From contig JAJYDO010000004.1 of the NCBI GenBank assembly GCA_021777355.1, forward strand, positions 1 to 63,026: DNA of 63,026 nucleotides, written 5' to 3'. The number at the start of each line of letters is the position of its first letter. Positions within the stretch are counted from its first letter, which is position 1. Below, piece by piece: positions 53,325 through 63,026 of this stretch. This DNA comes from Actinomycetes bacterium (GTDB lineage: Bacteria > Actinomycetota > Acidimicrobiia > Acidimicrobiales > JABEUL01). The notes below the pieces were generated by a model, which was not told the DNA's origin, searched no databases, and saw only the letters and a list, made by a program, of their open reading frames with translations. The translations under genes and the position numbers were made by a program.

Positions 53325-55142
53325 ATGCCAAAGGCAGTCGGAATTGACTTAGGGACTACGAACTCAGTTGTGAGCGTCCTGGAAGCAGGTGAGCCCACAG
53401 TTATCCCCAACGCGGAAGGTGCGCGCACGACGCCAAGCGTGGTTGGTTTTTCAAAGACAGGTGAAGTCCTTGTGGGCGAAGTTGCAAAACGCCAAGCAAT
53501 TACCAATCCTGATCGGACGATCCGGTCTGTGAAGCGTCATATTGGGACGGACTGGACCATTGATATAGACGGGAAGGCCTATACGTCTCAGGAGATCTCC
53601 GCGAGAATTCTCATGAAACTAAAAGCAGACGCTGAAGCCTTCTTGGGTGACAAGGTGACGCAAGCAGTCATCACCGTGCCTGCATATTTTGACGATGCTC
53701 AAAGGACTGCGACCAAAGAGGCCGGACAAATTGCAGGCCTAGAAGTTCTTAGAATTGTAAACGAACCGACCGCAGCGGCGCTTGCTTATGGCCTTGACAA
53801 GGAAAGAAGCGACCAGACTGTACTCGTATTTGACCTTGGAGGAGGAACCTTTGACGTTTCTGTGCTGGAGATCGGCGAAGGCGTGTTTGAAGTGAAATCA
53901 ACTTCCGGTAATACCAAACTGGGCGGGGATGACTGGGACCAAAGGGTTATGGACTGGCTAATCAAGACTTTCAAAGACACTGAAGGCGTTGATCTCTCAA
54001 GTGACAAAATGGCTCTTCAAAGATTAAAGGAGGCTGCGGAAAAAGCCAAGATTGAACTCTCTGCAGTTCAGGAGACAACTATTAACCTGCCCTTTATTAC
54101 TGCTACTTCTGATGGGCCTAAGCACTTGGACATCAAACTAACCCGGTCAAAGTTCCAGGAGATCACTTCCGATTTAGCTGAAGCCACAAAGGGACCCTTC
54201 GAACAGGCAATTAAAGATGCCGGACTGACAGCCAAGGATATTGACCATGTCATACTTGTCGGAGGATCTACGAGAATGCCTGCAATACAGGATCTTGTTA
54301 AATCTATAACAGGCAAGGAACCTCACAAAGGCGTTAATCCAGACGAAGTCGTCGCCGTTGGTGCCGCTGTGCAAGCCGGAGTACTAAAAGGAGAGGTAAA
54401 AGACATTCTTCTCTTAGACGTCACACCGCTTTCACTGGGAATTGAAACCAAAGGTGGAGTGATGACAAAGCTAATTGAGAGAAACACAACAATTCCAACC
54501 AAGCGCTCTCAAGTGTTTACTACAGCAGATGACAATCAGCCCTCCGTTGAAGTCCATGTGCTCCAGGGCGAGCGCGAGATGGCCATGTACAACAAGACCC
54601 TTGGCACATTCCAGTTGGTGGATCTACCGCCTGCACCCAGAGGAATTCCTCAAATTGAGGTCACCTTTGATATTGACGCCAACGGAATCGTACACGTTTC
54701 CGCCAAGGACAGGGCAACGGGCAAAGAGCAGTCAATGACGATTTCAGGGCAGTCTTCGCTTCCAAAAGAAGACATTGAGAGAATGATCAAAGATGCCGAA
54801 TCCCATGCCGATGAAGACAAAAGACGTCGAGCAGAAGCTGAAATCCGAAATAATGCAGATAGCCTTGTATATCAAACTGAGAAACTTCTAAGGGATCAGG
54901 GAGAAAAACTTGCTGATGCCGATAAAGAGCCAGTGGAACAAGCCATATCAAAGACTAAAGAGGCTTTGGAAGGCGAGGATATGGAAGCCCTTAAAGATGC
55001 TACTGAGCAGCTTTCCAAGCTAAGCCAGGAGTTGGGAACCAAACTCTATCAAGCAAGTGATCCCGGGACTCAATCTGGCCCCGCCTCCGAAACTCATGAC
55101 GATGACGTTGTTGACGCCGAGATTGTTGAGGAGCAGGAGTAA
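53325..55142 (+). CDS. dnaK: Chaperone DnaK
   Basis: [23 protein letters not shown]; start ATG 53325 after GGAGG. Confidence 0.98.
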   Translation: MPKAVGIDLGTTNSVVSVLEAGEPTVIPNAEGARTTPSVVGFSKTGEVLVGEVAKRQAITNPDRTIRSVKRHIGTDWTIDIDGKAYTSQEISARILMKLKADAEAFLGDKVTQAVITVPAYFDDAQRTATKEAGQIAGLEVLRIVNEPTAAALAYGLDKERSDQTVLVFDLGGGTFDVSVLEIGEGVFEVKSTSGNTKLGGDDWDQRVMDWLIKTFKDTEGVDLSSDKMALQRLKEAAEKAKIELSAVQETTINLPFITATSDGPKHLDIKLTRSKFQEITSDLAEATKGPFEQAIKDAGLTAKDIDHVILVGGSTRMPAIQDLVKSITGKEPHKGVNPDEVVAVGAAVQAGVLKGEVKDILLLDVTPLSLGIETKGGVMTKLIERNTTIPTKRSQVFTTADDNQPSVEVHVLQGEREMAMYNKTLGTFQLVDLPPAPRGIPQIEVTFDIDANGIVHVSAKDRATGKEQSMTISGQSSLPKEDIERMIKDAESHADEDKRRRAEAEIRNNADSLVYQTEKLLRDQGEKLADADKEPVEQAISKTKEALEGEDMEALKDATEQLSKLSQELGTKLYQASDPGTQSGPASETHDDDVVDAEIVEEQE

Positions 55143-55810
55143 TGACGACTCAAGGTTCATCGGAAGACAATGTCGAAGTTCCAAGAGGCCCAAACGGAGA
55201 GGTAATCGAAGTACCGGCTAAGTCCGATGCCACAGATGTTGACGTAGATTTTGATTTCGACAGCGAGGTCGATCCTGCCTTTGTTGCCGCCGAGATTGTT
55301 GAAGGAGACGTAGAGCGTACGCTTAGCGAAGTAATTGCCGAAAAAGAAGAAATACTTTTGACGCTACAAAGGCTGCAGGCTGACTTTGAAAACTATCGAA
55401 AAAGAGTACAAAGGCAAGAGTCGGAACTAAGAGAGCGGGCAAATGTGTCGCTAATTGAACGACTATTGCCCGTTCTGGATGTGCTGGATCTTGCAGTTAC
55501 TCATGCAATAGTGTCACCCGAAGACCAAGGTACTGAAGGAATTGCCAAAGTGGCCTCGGTTTTACACGAGGTTCTTGCAAAGGAGGGACTTGAGAAGATA
55601 GGCGAGCCCGGAGAACCATTTGATCCGGGAAAGCATGAAGCTGTGGCGCATTTAGACAAAGATGAAACCAAAGTAGACAGTGCTGTTAAAGAAAGCGGCA
55701 ATGTTTCCGAGGACAACGGCAGTGCTCCTTCGGTTGTGGAGGTTTATCGATCCGGCTATAGCTTAAGAGGCAGGGTTCTCCGACCGGCGATGGTCACGGT
55801 GAGAGGGTAG
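55142..55810 (+). CDS. grpE: Nucleotide exchange factor GrpE
   Basis: ADFENYRKR, FDPGKHEA, LRPAMV. Confidence 0.96.
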   Translation: MTTQGSSEDNVEVPRGPNGEVIEVPAKSDATDVDVDFDFDSEVDPAFVAAEIVEGDVERTLSEVIAEKEEILLTLQRLQADFENYRKRVQRQESELRERANVSLIERLLPVLDVLDLAVTHAIVSPEDQGTEGIAKVASVLHEVLAKEGLEKIGEPGEPFDPGKHEAVAHLDKDETKVDSAVKESGNVSEDNGSAPSVVEVYRSGYSLRGRVLRPAMVTVRG

Positions 55811-55816
55811 TCACTG

Positions 55817-56956
55817 ATGGCACCTGAGCGCGAGTGGTTTGAGAATGATTATTACAAAGTATTAGGAGTTGCACAAACCGCATCCGACAAAGAGATAGCT
55901 CGCGCTTATAGGAAACTTGCTAAAGAGCTTCACCCTGATGTGAATCCAGGTTCCGAAGAGAAGTTCAAGCAAGTAACTGCTGCAAATGATGTGCTTTCTG
56001 ATCCAAAGAAGCGTAAGGAATACGATGAGATTAGAAAGCTCGGTCCTCTTTCAGGAGCCGGGCAAGCTGGTTCGTCTGCCTTTAGGCTGGACGATCTTGG
56101 GGACATCTTTGGAGGTCTGTTTAATCAAGGTGCTTCCAGAAACGGCGGCGGCAAATTTTCATGGAGTAGAGGTACCGGTCCGCAAAGGGGAAGCGATGTT
56201 GAAGCCGAAGTAACCATTTCATTCAGCGAAGCAGCCTCAGGGGCAGCAGCTTCGGTCAATGTTTTGGAACCATTTAGATGTGCAACATGCCAAGGATCTG
56301 GTTCTGCTCCCGGGACCAATCCCGAGGTGTGTACCCGTTGCCATGGATCTGGGATGCTTCAGGATGATCACGGGATGTTTTCTCTGGCTCAGACTTGCCC
56401 GGAGTGTGGCGGAAAAGGAATGAAGGTGACTAATCCTTGTGTAACTTGTCACGGCACCGGAGTTGATCACAAGTCGCGCACAGTCAAGGTTCGTATCCCT
56501 CAAGGAGTAGATAACGGGAGCAAGGTAAGAGTAAAAGGGAAAGGGCTTCCAGGAAAGAACGGCGGACCAAACGGCGATCTTTACGTTAGTGTCTCTGTTC
56601 TCCCACACAGCATTTTCGGAAGAAAAGGAAAGAATCTGACTCTTACAATTCCAATTACTTACGTAGAGGCGGTACTTGGCACCAATATTGTCGTTCCCAC
56701 GCTTCTGGGGGAGACTGTAACTCTCAAGATCCCGCCAGGAACCAAGAGCGGCCAGACTCTAAGAGTGAGGGGGAAGGGTCTCAAAGTTGGCGCTTCACAA
56801 GGCGACCTATTAGTAACTGTTGAAGTTGACGTTCCAAAAGTGCTTCTTGATTCACAAAGAGACGCTCTTGCTGCATACGGAGAAACCTTGAAGGACCTCC
56901 CATCTCCAAGAGAGTTTCTCGAAGGAATTAAGAGCGAGGAAAGGCAAGGCAGCTAA
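55817..56956 (+). CDS. dnaJ: Chaperone DnaJ
   Basis: HPD J-domain; four CxxCxGxG repeats. Confidence 0.97.
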   Translation: MAPEREWFENDYYKVLGVAQTASDKEIARAYRKLAKELHPDVNPGSEEKFKQVTAANDVLSDPKKRKEYDEIRKLGPLSGAGQAGSSAFRLDDLGDIFGGLFNQGASRNGGGKFSWSRGTGPQRGSDVEAEVTISFSEAASGAAASVNVLEPFRCATCQGSGSAPGTNPEVCTRCHGSGMLQDDHGMFSLAQTCPECGGKGMKVTNPCVTCHGTGVDHKSRTVKVRIPQGVDNGSKVRVKGKGLPGKNGGPNGDLYVSVSVLPHSIFGRKGKNLTLTIPITYVEAVLGTNIVVPTLLGETVTLKIPPGTKSGQTLRVRGKGLKVGASQGDLLVTVEVDVPKVLLDSQRDALAAYGETLKDLPSPREFLEGIKSEERQGS

Positions 56957-57435
56957 TGACGGACAATTACGGAAAATCCCAACGAAGCAATGCCGAAAGC
57001 TCGGCTCGGGAAAATTTGAATGCAAGACGAGAGACTTTTGTAGCCACGATCTCGCCGGGACATGCCGTTTACGTGATTTCTGTTGCTGCCGAGTTGGCAG
57101 GAGTACATCCACAAACACTACGGATATATGAAAGGAAGGGCCTTTTAGATCCTTTTCGAACATCTGGTGGATCAAGACGATACTCCGAGCAGGATGTCGC
57201 AATGATGCGAAGAATCCAAGAGCTTACTTCCGAAGGACTCAATCTAGAAGGAGTTAAAAGGGTTTTAGATCTTGAGCGCGAGATTGAATCACTAAGGAAA
57301 GATATCGAAGTAATAAAAGTGGCTTCCCGTCGAGCCGTAGAGGACACTCACAAGAAGTACCGAAGAGATTTGGTGCCACTGAATCAATGGCTGGTTCCTC
57401 ACCGCTCGAACCGGGACATAAGACGAAAAGACTGA
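56956..57435 (+). CDS. hspR: MerR-family heat-shock repressor HspR
   Basis: YVISVAAELAGVHPQTLRIYERKGL...GGSRRYS. Confidence 0.95.
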   Translation: MTDNYGKSQRSNAESSARENLNARRETFVATISPGHAVYVISVAAELAGVHPQTLRIYERKGLLDPFRTSGGSRRYSEQDVAMMRRIQELTSEGLNLEGVKRVLDLEREIESLRKDIEVIKVASRRAVEDTHKKYRRDLVPLNQWLVPHRSNRDIRRKD

Positions 57436-57445
57436 GAGGTGAAAA

Positions 57446-59965
57446 ATGGCTTTAGACCCGAGAACATTTACTTTAAAAACCCAAGAGGCACTGGCAAGTG
57501 CCACTGATCTGGCGAGAGAATCGCATCATGCAGAGGTCACTCCTGAACATATCTTGGTTTCTGCACTTAGCCAAGACAGTGGTCTTGCTATCCCTTTATG
57601 CCATGGAGCGGGCCTCGATCCGATTGCCATAAGAAACTCACTTCTAGACAAGCTTTCCAAAATTCCCAAAGCCTATGGAAGTGACGACACGCGAATCGGA
57701 AGGAACTTAGTCGATGCTTTAAATCAGGCCAATTCATTGAGACAAGATTTAGGCGACGACTATTTGTCTATTGAACATATCTTGCTGGTGCTGGCAGATA
57801 AATTGGGAACTGATAAAGAGACGCTTTTGAGCGCACTGCGCCAAATAAGAGGAGCCCATCGGGTGACCAGCCAAGATCCCGAGTCTTCCTACCAGGCACT
57901 TGAGAAATTTGGCCGTGATCTCACCGATGCATCTCGGAAAGGGAAACTAGATCCTGTTATCGGCAGGGACGAAGAAATACGTCGTGTCATTCAAGTCCTT
58001 TCCAGGAGAACTAAAAACAATCCTGTATTAATAGGTGAACCAGGGGTTGGAAAAACTGCAATAGTTGAAGGACTTGCCGCAAGGATTGTAGAAGGAGACG
58101 TTCCTGAGAGTCTTCGTCACAAGAGAGTAATTGCACTTGACCTTGGTTCAATGGTGGCTGGAGCTAAATACAGAGGCGAGTTTGAAGAAAGGCTTAAGGC
58201 TGTACTGGCCGAGATTACAAACGGCGAAGGCGAGATAATAACTTTTATTGACGAGCTTCACACAATAGTTGGTGCCGGTGCAGCCGAAGGCGCAATGGAT
58301 GCCGGAAACATGATCAAGCCCATGTTGGCCAGGGGCGAATTGCGTCTTATTGGCGCTACTACCCTTGATGAATATCGCAAGTACGTAGAAAGAGATGCTG
58401 CACTAGAGAGACGTTTCCAACCCGTTATGGTAGGTCCTCCCAACGTAGAAGATACGATAGCAATTCTAAGAGGTCTAAAAGAGCGCTACGAAGTGCATCA
58501 CGGTGTTCGAATTCAAGATGCTGCGCTGGTAGCAGCTGCGGTTCTAAGCGACAGATATATAACAGGCCGTTTTCAGCCAGATAAAGCAATCGATTTGATG
58601 GATGAAGCTGCAAGCCGACTTAGGATAGAAATTGATTCCATGCCAACTGAAATTGACGTAGTCACAAGACGAATGCGCCAACTGGAAATTGAAAAAGTGG
58701 CTTTGGGCAAAGAAACCGATACCGCATCTCAAGAAAGACTTGAAAGACTCAAAGAAGAGTTGGCAAACCTTCAAGAACAGGCAGATGCCATGACCGCCAA
58801 ATGGCAAGGCGAAAAGGACGCCATTTCTACAATTAGATCTCTCAAAGAAGAACTTGAAGCTAAAAGATCTGAGGCCGACAGGCAGGAGCGAGACGGCGAA
58901 CTGGAAGTGGCTGCAGCCATTAGATACGGGGAGATTCCTGTCCTTGAGAAAAAAGCAGCAGATGCTGCGGCAGTATTGTCGAAGCTTCAAGCAGATGGCG
59001 TGATGCTAAAAGAAGAGGTAGATGCCGAAGACGTGGCTGAAGTTGTAAGCAGGTGGACCGGTGTTCCCGTCACCCGTTTGCTAGAGGGCGAAGTTGACAA
59101 ACTTGTTCGAATGGAAGAGGTACTGCATCAACGGGTAGTTGGACAAAACGAGGCAGTAAGGGTTGTTGCCAATGCCATCAGAAGATCAAGAGCTGGACTA
59201 TCGGAATCAGGCAGGCCGATCGGCTCTTTCCTCTTCTTAGGTCCAACCGGTGTCGGCAAGACTGAACTGGCTAAAACACTGGCCTCATTTTTATTTGATG
59301 ACGAAAAGGCCGTTGTGCGAATTGATATGGGTGAGTATAGCGAAAAGCATTCCGTGGCAAAGCTTATTGGAGCTCCCCCGGGATATGTAGGCTACGAAGA
59401 AGGCGGTCAACTTAGTGAGCCCATCAGAAGAAGACCATATGCGGTTGTTTTATTTGATGAAGTTGAAAAAGCCCATCCGGATGTATTCGACACTCTTTTG
59501 CAGCTTCTAGACGATGGCCGTTTAACTGATGGTCAAGGAAGAACTGTCGATTTTTCAAATACTGTGATTATAATGACCTCTAACTTGCCGGGAGATCCCT
59601 CTGATTTCTTTAAGCCGGAATTCCTAAATAGAATCGATGAGATAGTTAAATTCACTTCACTTACAAGGGATGATATCTCCGAAATAGTGGATATTCAATT
59701 AGATGCACTCAGAGGACGCCTTGGTGCCCGGAGGCTTACATTGAAAGTTGATGAAGATGCCAAGGAGCTTTTGGGAGATCTTGGGTATGATCCAATATAT
59801 GGCGCAAGGCCACTAAAGAGGGTCATCCAAAGGGAACTTGGCGATCCGCTTGCAATGGAACTTCTTGAGGGCAAGTTTTTAGAAGGTGATGAAATCATTG
59901 TCAAAGTTTCAGAAAATGGGAAACAGAAACAAGAGGGTTCGAAACTGGAACTTACCAAGGCATAA
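57446..59965 (+). CDS. clpB: Disaggregase ClpB
   Basis: Two AAA+ domains ([16 protein letters not shown]), M-domain coiled coil, GYVG. Confidence 0.97.
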   Translation: MALDPRTFTLKTQEALASATDLARESHHAEVTPEHILVSALSQDSGLAIPLCHGAGLDPIAIRNSLLDKLSKIPKAYGSDDTRIGRNLVDALNQANSLRQDLGDDYLSIEHILLVLADKLGTDKETLLSALRQIRGAHRVTSQDPESSYQALEKFGRDLTDASRKGKLDPVIGRDEEIRRVIQVLSRRTKNNPVLIGEPGVGKTAIVEGLAARIVEGDVPESLRHKRVIALDLGSMVAGAKYRGEFEERLKAVLAEITNGEGEIITFIDELHTIVGAGAAEGAMDAGNMIKPMLARGELRLIGATTLDEYRKYVERDAALERRFQPVMVGPPNVEDTIAILRGLKERYEVHHGVRIQDAALVAAAVLSDRYITGRFQPDKAIDLMDEAASRLRIEIDSMPTEIDVVTRRMRQLEIEKVALGKETDTASQERLERLKEELANLQEQADAMTAKWQGEKDAISTIRSLKEELEAKRSEADRQERDGELEVAAAIRYGEIPVLEKKAADAAAVLSKLQADGVMLKEEVDAEDVAEVVSRWTGVPVTRLLEGEVDKLVRMEEVLHQRVVGQNEAVRVVANAIRRSRAGLSESGRPIGSFLFLGPTGVGKTELAKTLASFLFDDEKAVVRIDMGEYSEKHSVAKLIGAPPGYVGYEEGGQLSEPIRRRPYAVVLFDEVEKAHPDVFDTLLQLLDDGRLTDGQGRTVDFSNTVIIMTSNLPGDPSDFFKPEFLNRIDEIVKFTSLTRDDISEIVDIQLDALRGRLGARRLTLKVDEDAKELLGDLGYDPIYGARPLKRVIQRELGDPLAMELLEGKFLEGDEIIVKVSENGKQKQEGSKLELTKA

Positions 59966-60012
59966 CCTGAATTGAGTTCTTAGCCAGTTTGTCATTAAGG
60001 TATTATTTATAG

Positions 60013-60684
60013 ATGTACCCACCTGACAACTCAGAAGATCTAGGGCCCTATTCGCACACAAAGGTCAAACGTCTTTCCGATCGTGCCCACTATGACAGGG
60101 ATTCAATTTATCAGATACTCGACGAAGGTTTTGTCTGCCACCTAGGCTTTATCGCAAACGGCACTCCTTATGTTATCCCAACCGGATACGGACGAAGAGG
60201 GAATACGCTTTTTTTGCACGGAGCAAGTGCAAACTTTGCTCTCGCGGAATCTAAGAGAAATACAATGGTTTCTGTGACTGTCACTTTGATAGATGGATTA
60301 GTTCTTTCAAAATCAGCATTTCACCACTCGATAAATTACCGTTCAGTAGTATCTTTTGGCACTGTGGCACCAGTAGAAGATGTGGAAGAGAAAAAACTGG
60401 CATTAGAGACGATTTTGAACCACATTGTTCCAAACCGTTCTAGCAGCACAAGACCACCCTCAGAATCTGAGTTAAAAGCTACACGAGTAGTTCGATTCGA
60501 AATCATTGAGGCCTCTGCCAAGATCCGGCAAGGCGGGCCAAAAGAGGAGCCAGAGGATATTGGACTCGACTATTGGTCAGGACAGATTCCAATAGAGTGG
60601 AGGTATTCAGATCCAATACCAAGTGGAAATAGCAGCAAAGAGCTGCCAGAAAAACTAGCTAATCTAAGTCGTCCCGGCAGATAA
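60013..60684 (+). CDS. Pyridoxamine-5'-phosphate-oxidase-like flavin-nucleotide-binding protein
   Basis: PYVIPT, LHG, SAFHHSINYRSV, SAKIR. Confidence 0.85.
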   Translation: MYPPDNSEDLGPYSHTKVKRLSDRAHYDRDSIYQILDEGFVCHLGFIANGTPYVIPTGYGRRGNTLFLHGASANFALAESKRNTMVSVTVTLIDGLVLSKSAFHHSINYRSVVSFGTVAPVEDVEEKKLALETILNHIVPNRSSSTRPPSESELKATRVVRFEIIEASAKIRQGGPKEEPEDIGLDYWSGQIPIEWRYSDPIPSGNSSKELPEKLANLSRPGR

Positions 60685-60836
60685 TGCAGTATTGGCAAAT
60701 TTTGGCTTTCCAGGCCCTTATGTGACTCTAATTTGACGCAAGATGAATTTTTGTGACTTATTGAAGTTCGAAACGTTGGATTAATTGAACAAGTTTTCTT
60801 ATAGAAGTAAGCATGAGAAGCTTAGCTGTATTTTTG

Positions 60837-61290
60837 GTAACAGTTCAGGTACGCAATTCTTCCCCCTCAGCTTTATGTCTCGCATCCGTGGGATCCTATT
60901 GAGTGAGCAATATATGGAAGAACTCTTTTGTGTTGGCATTCAAGGACTCCCATAAAAACACTTTGCAGCGCATCTAATAGATTGATCCCCTGCTTGGTTA
61001 CAGTTGATAGTTAGCTCCAAAAAGCTAGGTATGCCTCTGCACCATGATTACCTCGGAATCCTCCCGATATCTTCTGCTGGAGTTTTACCATCCTAATATC
61101 TTGCTCCGATAGATTGTTGGAAAATGGGCCATATGAAGTAATTAGCAGATCGGAGTAAGCCGTCTGCGTAAAGATCAAGGCGATTTTAGAGATTGAGAGC
61201 CTTCGACTTCTTTAGCCGTCCCCTCTTCCCAGTTATTTCTGGAGGTAGGTTCTCTAAATGACTGGCATTAATAATTGCACTGTACTTCAT
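60837..61290 (-). pseudogene. IS66-family transposase remnant (C-terminal part) with one terminal inverted repeat
   Basis: KRGRLKKSKALNL*NRL...LLR, frameshift near 61130, then PFSNNLSEQDIRMVKLQQKISGGFR...WS*LSTVTKQGINLLDAL; GTAACAGTTCAG end at 60837. Confidence 0.8.
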
Positions 61291-61611
61291 AAAGATAGTA
61301 CTAAGTACTTCGGCAAATATATAAGTATGTAACTATCAAGATGAATCGACCATAGCGTTTAAAGAGAAGCCAGACATAAATCTTGATCGCGAATTCATCA
61401 CACTAGGTGAAATTAAAAGAATTATCGGAAAAACAGAAAAGGCCTTCAATCTACAGTGACTTTTACCACAGAATAGAACGACAACTCGGCCTACTAACAA
61501 GGTAAAGTAGGATTTTATTTGAATTTAAGTGCCCAAATCAGGGACTTATCCAGAATAAAGCTACAATATTTTCAGCTTACCGCACAAAGTGGCAGGTGCA
61601 AGAAAAATATT

Positions 61612-62907
61612 ATGCCTAGTCGAATCGCCATATTTCATAACCTTCCACACGGAGGAGCCCTTCGTGCGCTTTACGAAATTATCGCGCATTTTCCGCCAGG
61701 TTACCGTTTCGATTTATATTTAATCGACAACTCGCCATTTTCGCAAACTTCGGATGAAATAGTTGCGGGTGGCACTGCTAGTCTCGATTTAAGCGTGCTG
61801 GCTGAGAGTACTTTTGTTTACAAATTTCCAAATTACATAATGGCTTTAAGTCGACTCGCTCCTGGATCGCTACAGAAACTAATTGCCATTGAGGCGAGCA
61901 GAAAACTTCAGCAAAGAATCGCCCGCGATATAAATAAATTGGGATATGATGCTTGCTTTATTCATGCGTGCAGATACAGTTTTAGCGTGCCAATAGCGCA
62001 ATGGTTGAAAATTCCAAGCGTATACTTCGCTCAAGAGACAAAACGCATCTATTACGAGAGTAGTGTAATTTTAAAGTTGCGTCTAGAAAATAGTAGGTGG
62101 GCTTCTATGCGCTGGATACTTGAAAAGCCATACAGAGTGCTGGACAGAAGACGTGACCGTGTGGCAGTGAAATCGGCCGACCTAATTTTGTGTAATTCTG
62201 AGTATTCTAAAAGAGAGTTGAGCGCTGCTTACCAAGTAAATCCCACTCTCTGTTACCTGGGAATTTCCCCAGAAACTTTCAGTAATGTTCTGGTGGACGA
62301 CTCAAATCTTAAGAATCAGCGAAATGGAATAATTAGCGTGATTTCCGTGGGTGCACTTGACCGAATTAAAGGACATGATTTAGCAGTATCGGCACTTGGA
62401 GAAGCGTCGCGAGAAAGTAAACTTGAAGCCGAACTTACTATTGTTTTTGAACGTGAGACATCAGGTTACCGCGGGTACTTAACTGATTTGGCTGCCAGAA
62501 ATAGAGTAAAACTTGATTTCCAAAAGGGTATAAGCGACCAAGATCTCGCCCGACGATATTTACTTGCAGATTTAGTAATATGCGCAGCATACTCGGAGCC
62601 TTTTGGATTAACGGTGAATGAGGCATTTAGCTGCGGAACACCGGTGGTAGCCGTCGATGAAGGGGGGTATTTAGAAACCGTGAAAGATGGTTACAACGGA
62701 TTTTTAGTTAAAAGAGACCCAATGGAGATGGCAAGAGCAATAATTAAGGTGAAAAATGGGGAACTTGGCATATCGCCTCAGGAGCTGAGGGAGGAGACTC
62801 TAAAACATTGGAGCTGGGACCAAACCGCGAGCAACGTTGCCAAAAGTTTCGAGTCGATAATTAAGAAATTCCAAGATGGTTCCGGCAAAACCGAGTTGAT
62901 TCAATAA
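61612..62907 (+). CDS. GT4 (glycosyltransferase family 4) protein
   Basis: GGA near N-terminus, CNSEYS, KGHDL, EPFGLTVNEA; start moved to ATG 61612. Confidence 0.9.
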   Translation: MPSRIAIFHNLPHGGALRALYEIIAHFPPGYRFDLYLIDNSPFSQTSDEIVAGGTASLDLSVLAESTFVYKFPNYIMALSRLAPGSLQKLIAIEASRKLQQRIARDINKLGYDACFIHACRYSFSVPIAQWLKIPSVYFAQETKRIYYESSVILKLRLENSRWASMRWILEKPYRVLDRRRDRVAVKSADLILCNSEYSKRELSAAYQVNPTLCYLGISPETFSNVLVDDSNLKNQRNGIISVISVGALDRIKGHDLAVSALGEASRESKLEAELTIVFERETSGYRGYLTDLAARNRVKLDFQKGISDQDLARRYLLADLVICAAYSEPFGLTVNEAFSCGTPVVAVDEGGYLETVKDGYNGFLVKRDPMEMARAIIKVKNGELGISPQELREETLKHWSWDQTASNVAKSFESIIKKFQDGSGKTELIQ

Positions 62908-63026
62908 GAAGTTATAGATGCTTAACATCACTTTCTTGGTAATTTTTTATAACTTGGATTCTAATTCGAAGTGCAACCTTAATTGTTAGGCTTGGTGAGC
63001 TGGATATCTTTTCAGCGAACCAACAA

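Noticed and set aside
61329-61340. GTAACTATCAAG as the left end of the IS66 remnant
   Set aside because: Same orientation as the 60837 end, so not its inverted partner; no target duplication seen

Overview
Chromosomal origin region of a moderate-GC actinobacterium. HspR/HAIR, GlnR boxes, ino1-padR, parS and the gene order point to Actinomycetota; Acidimicrobiia-like is my inference. About 12.4-60.7 kb is core genome: tRNA-Ile, gyrAB, dciA, recF, dnaN, oriC, dnaA, rpmH-rnpA-yidD-yidC-jag-rsmG-parAB, trxAB, murJ, cca, ino1, panB, rpsF-ssb-rpsR-rplI-dnaB, an AurF/TetR/BVMO cluster, amt-glnK, gpmA and dnaK-grpE-dnaJ-hspR-clpB. Bases 1 to about 12.39 kb are the right end of a defence island abutting the tRNA-Ile 3' end, with arm-like repeats and two degenerate tRNA fragments. 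The island carries an m6A methyltransferase coupled to a PLD-SNF2 helicase, and a four-gene ubiquitin-like conjugation operon (Ubl-E2-JAB-E1, Bil/ISG15-like). The E2 contains no cysteine at all. A HigB-like/HTH-metallopeptidase pair is transcribed divergently across a triple-palindrome operator. An unannotated IS66 transposase remnant and a GT4 glycosyltransferase lie at the right end. All family assignments come from motif recognition by eye; no searches were run.
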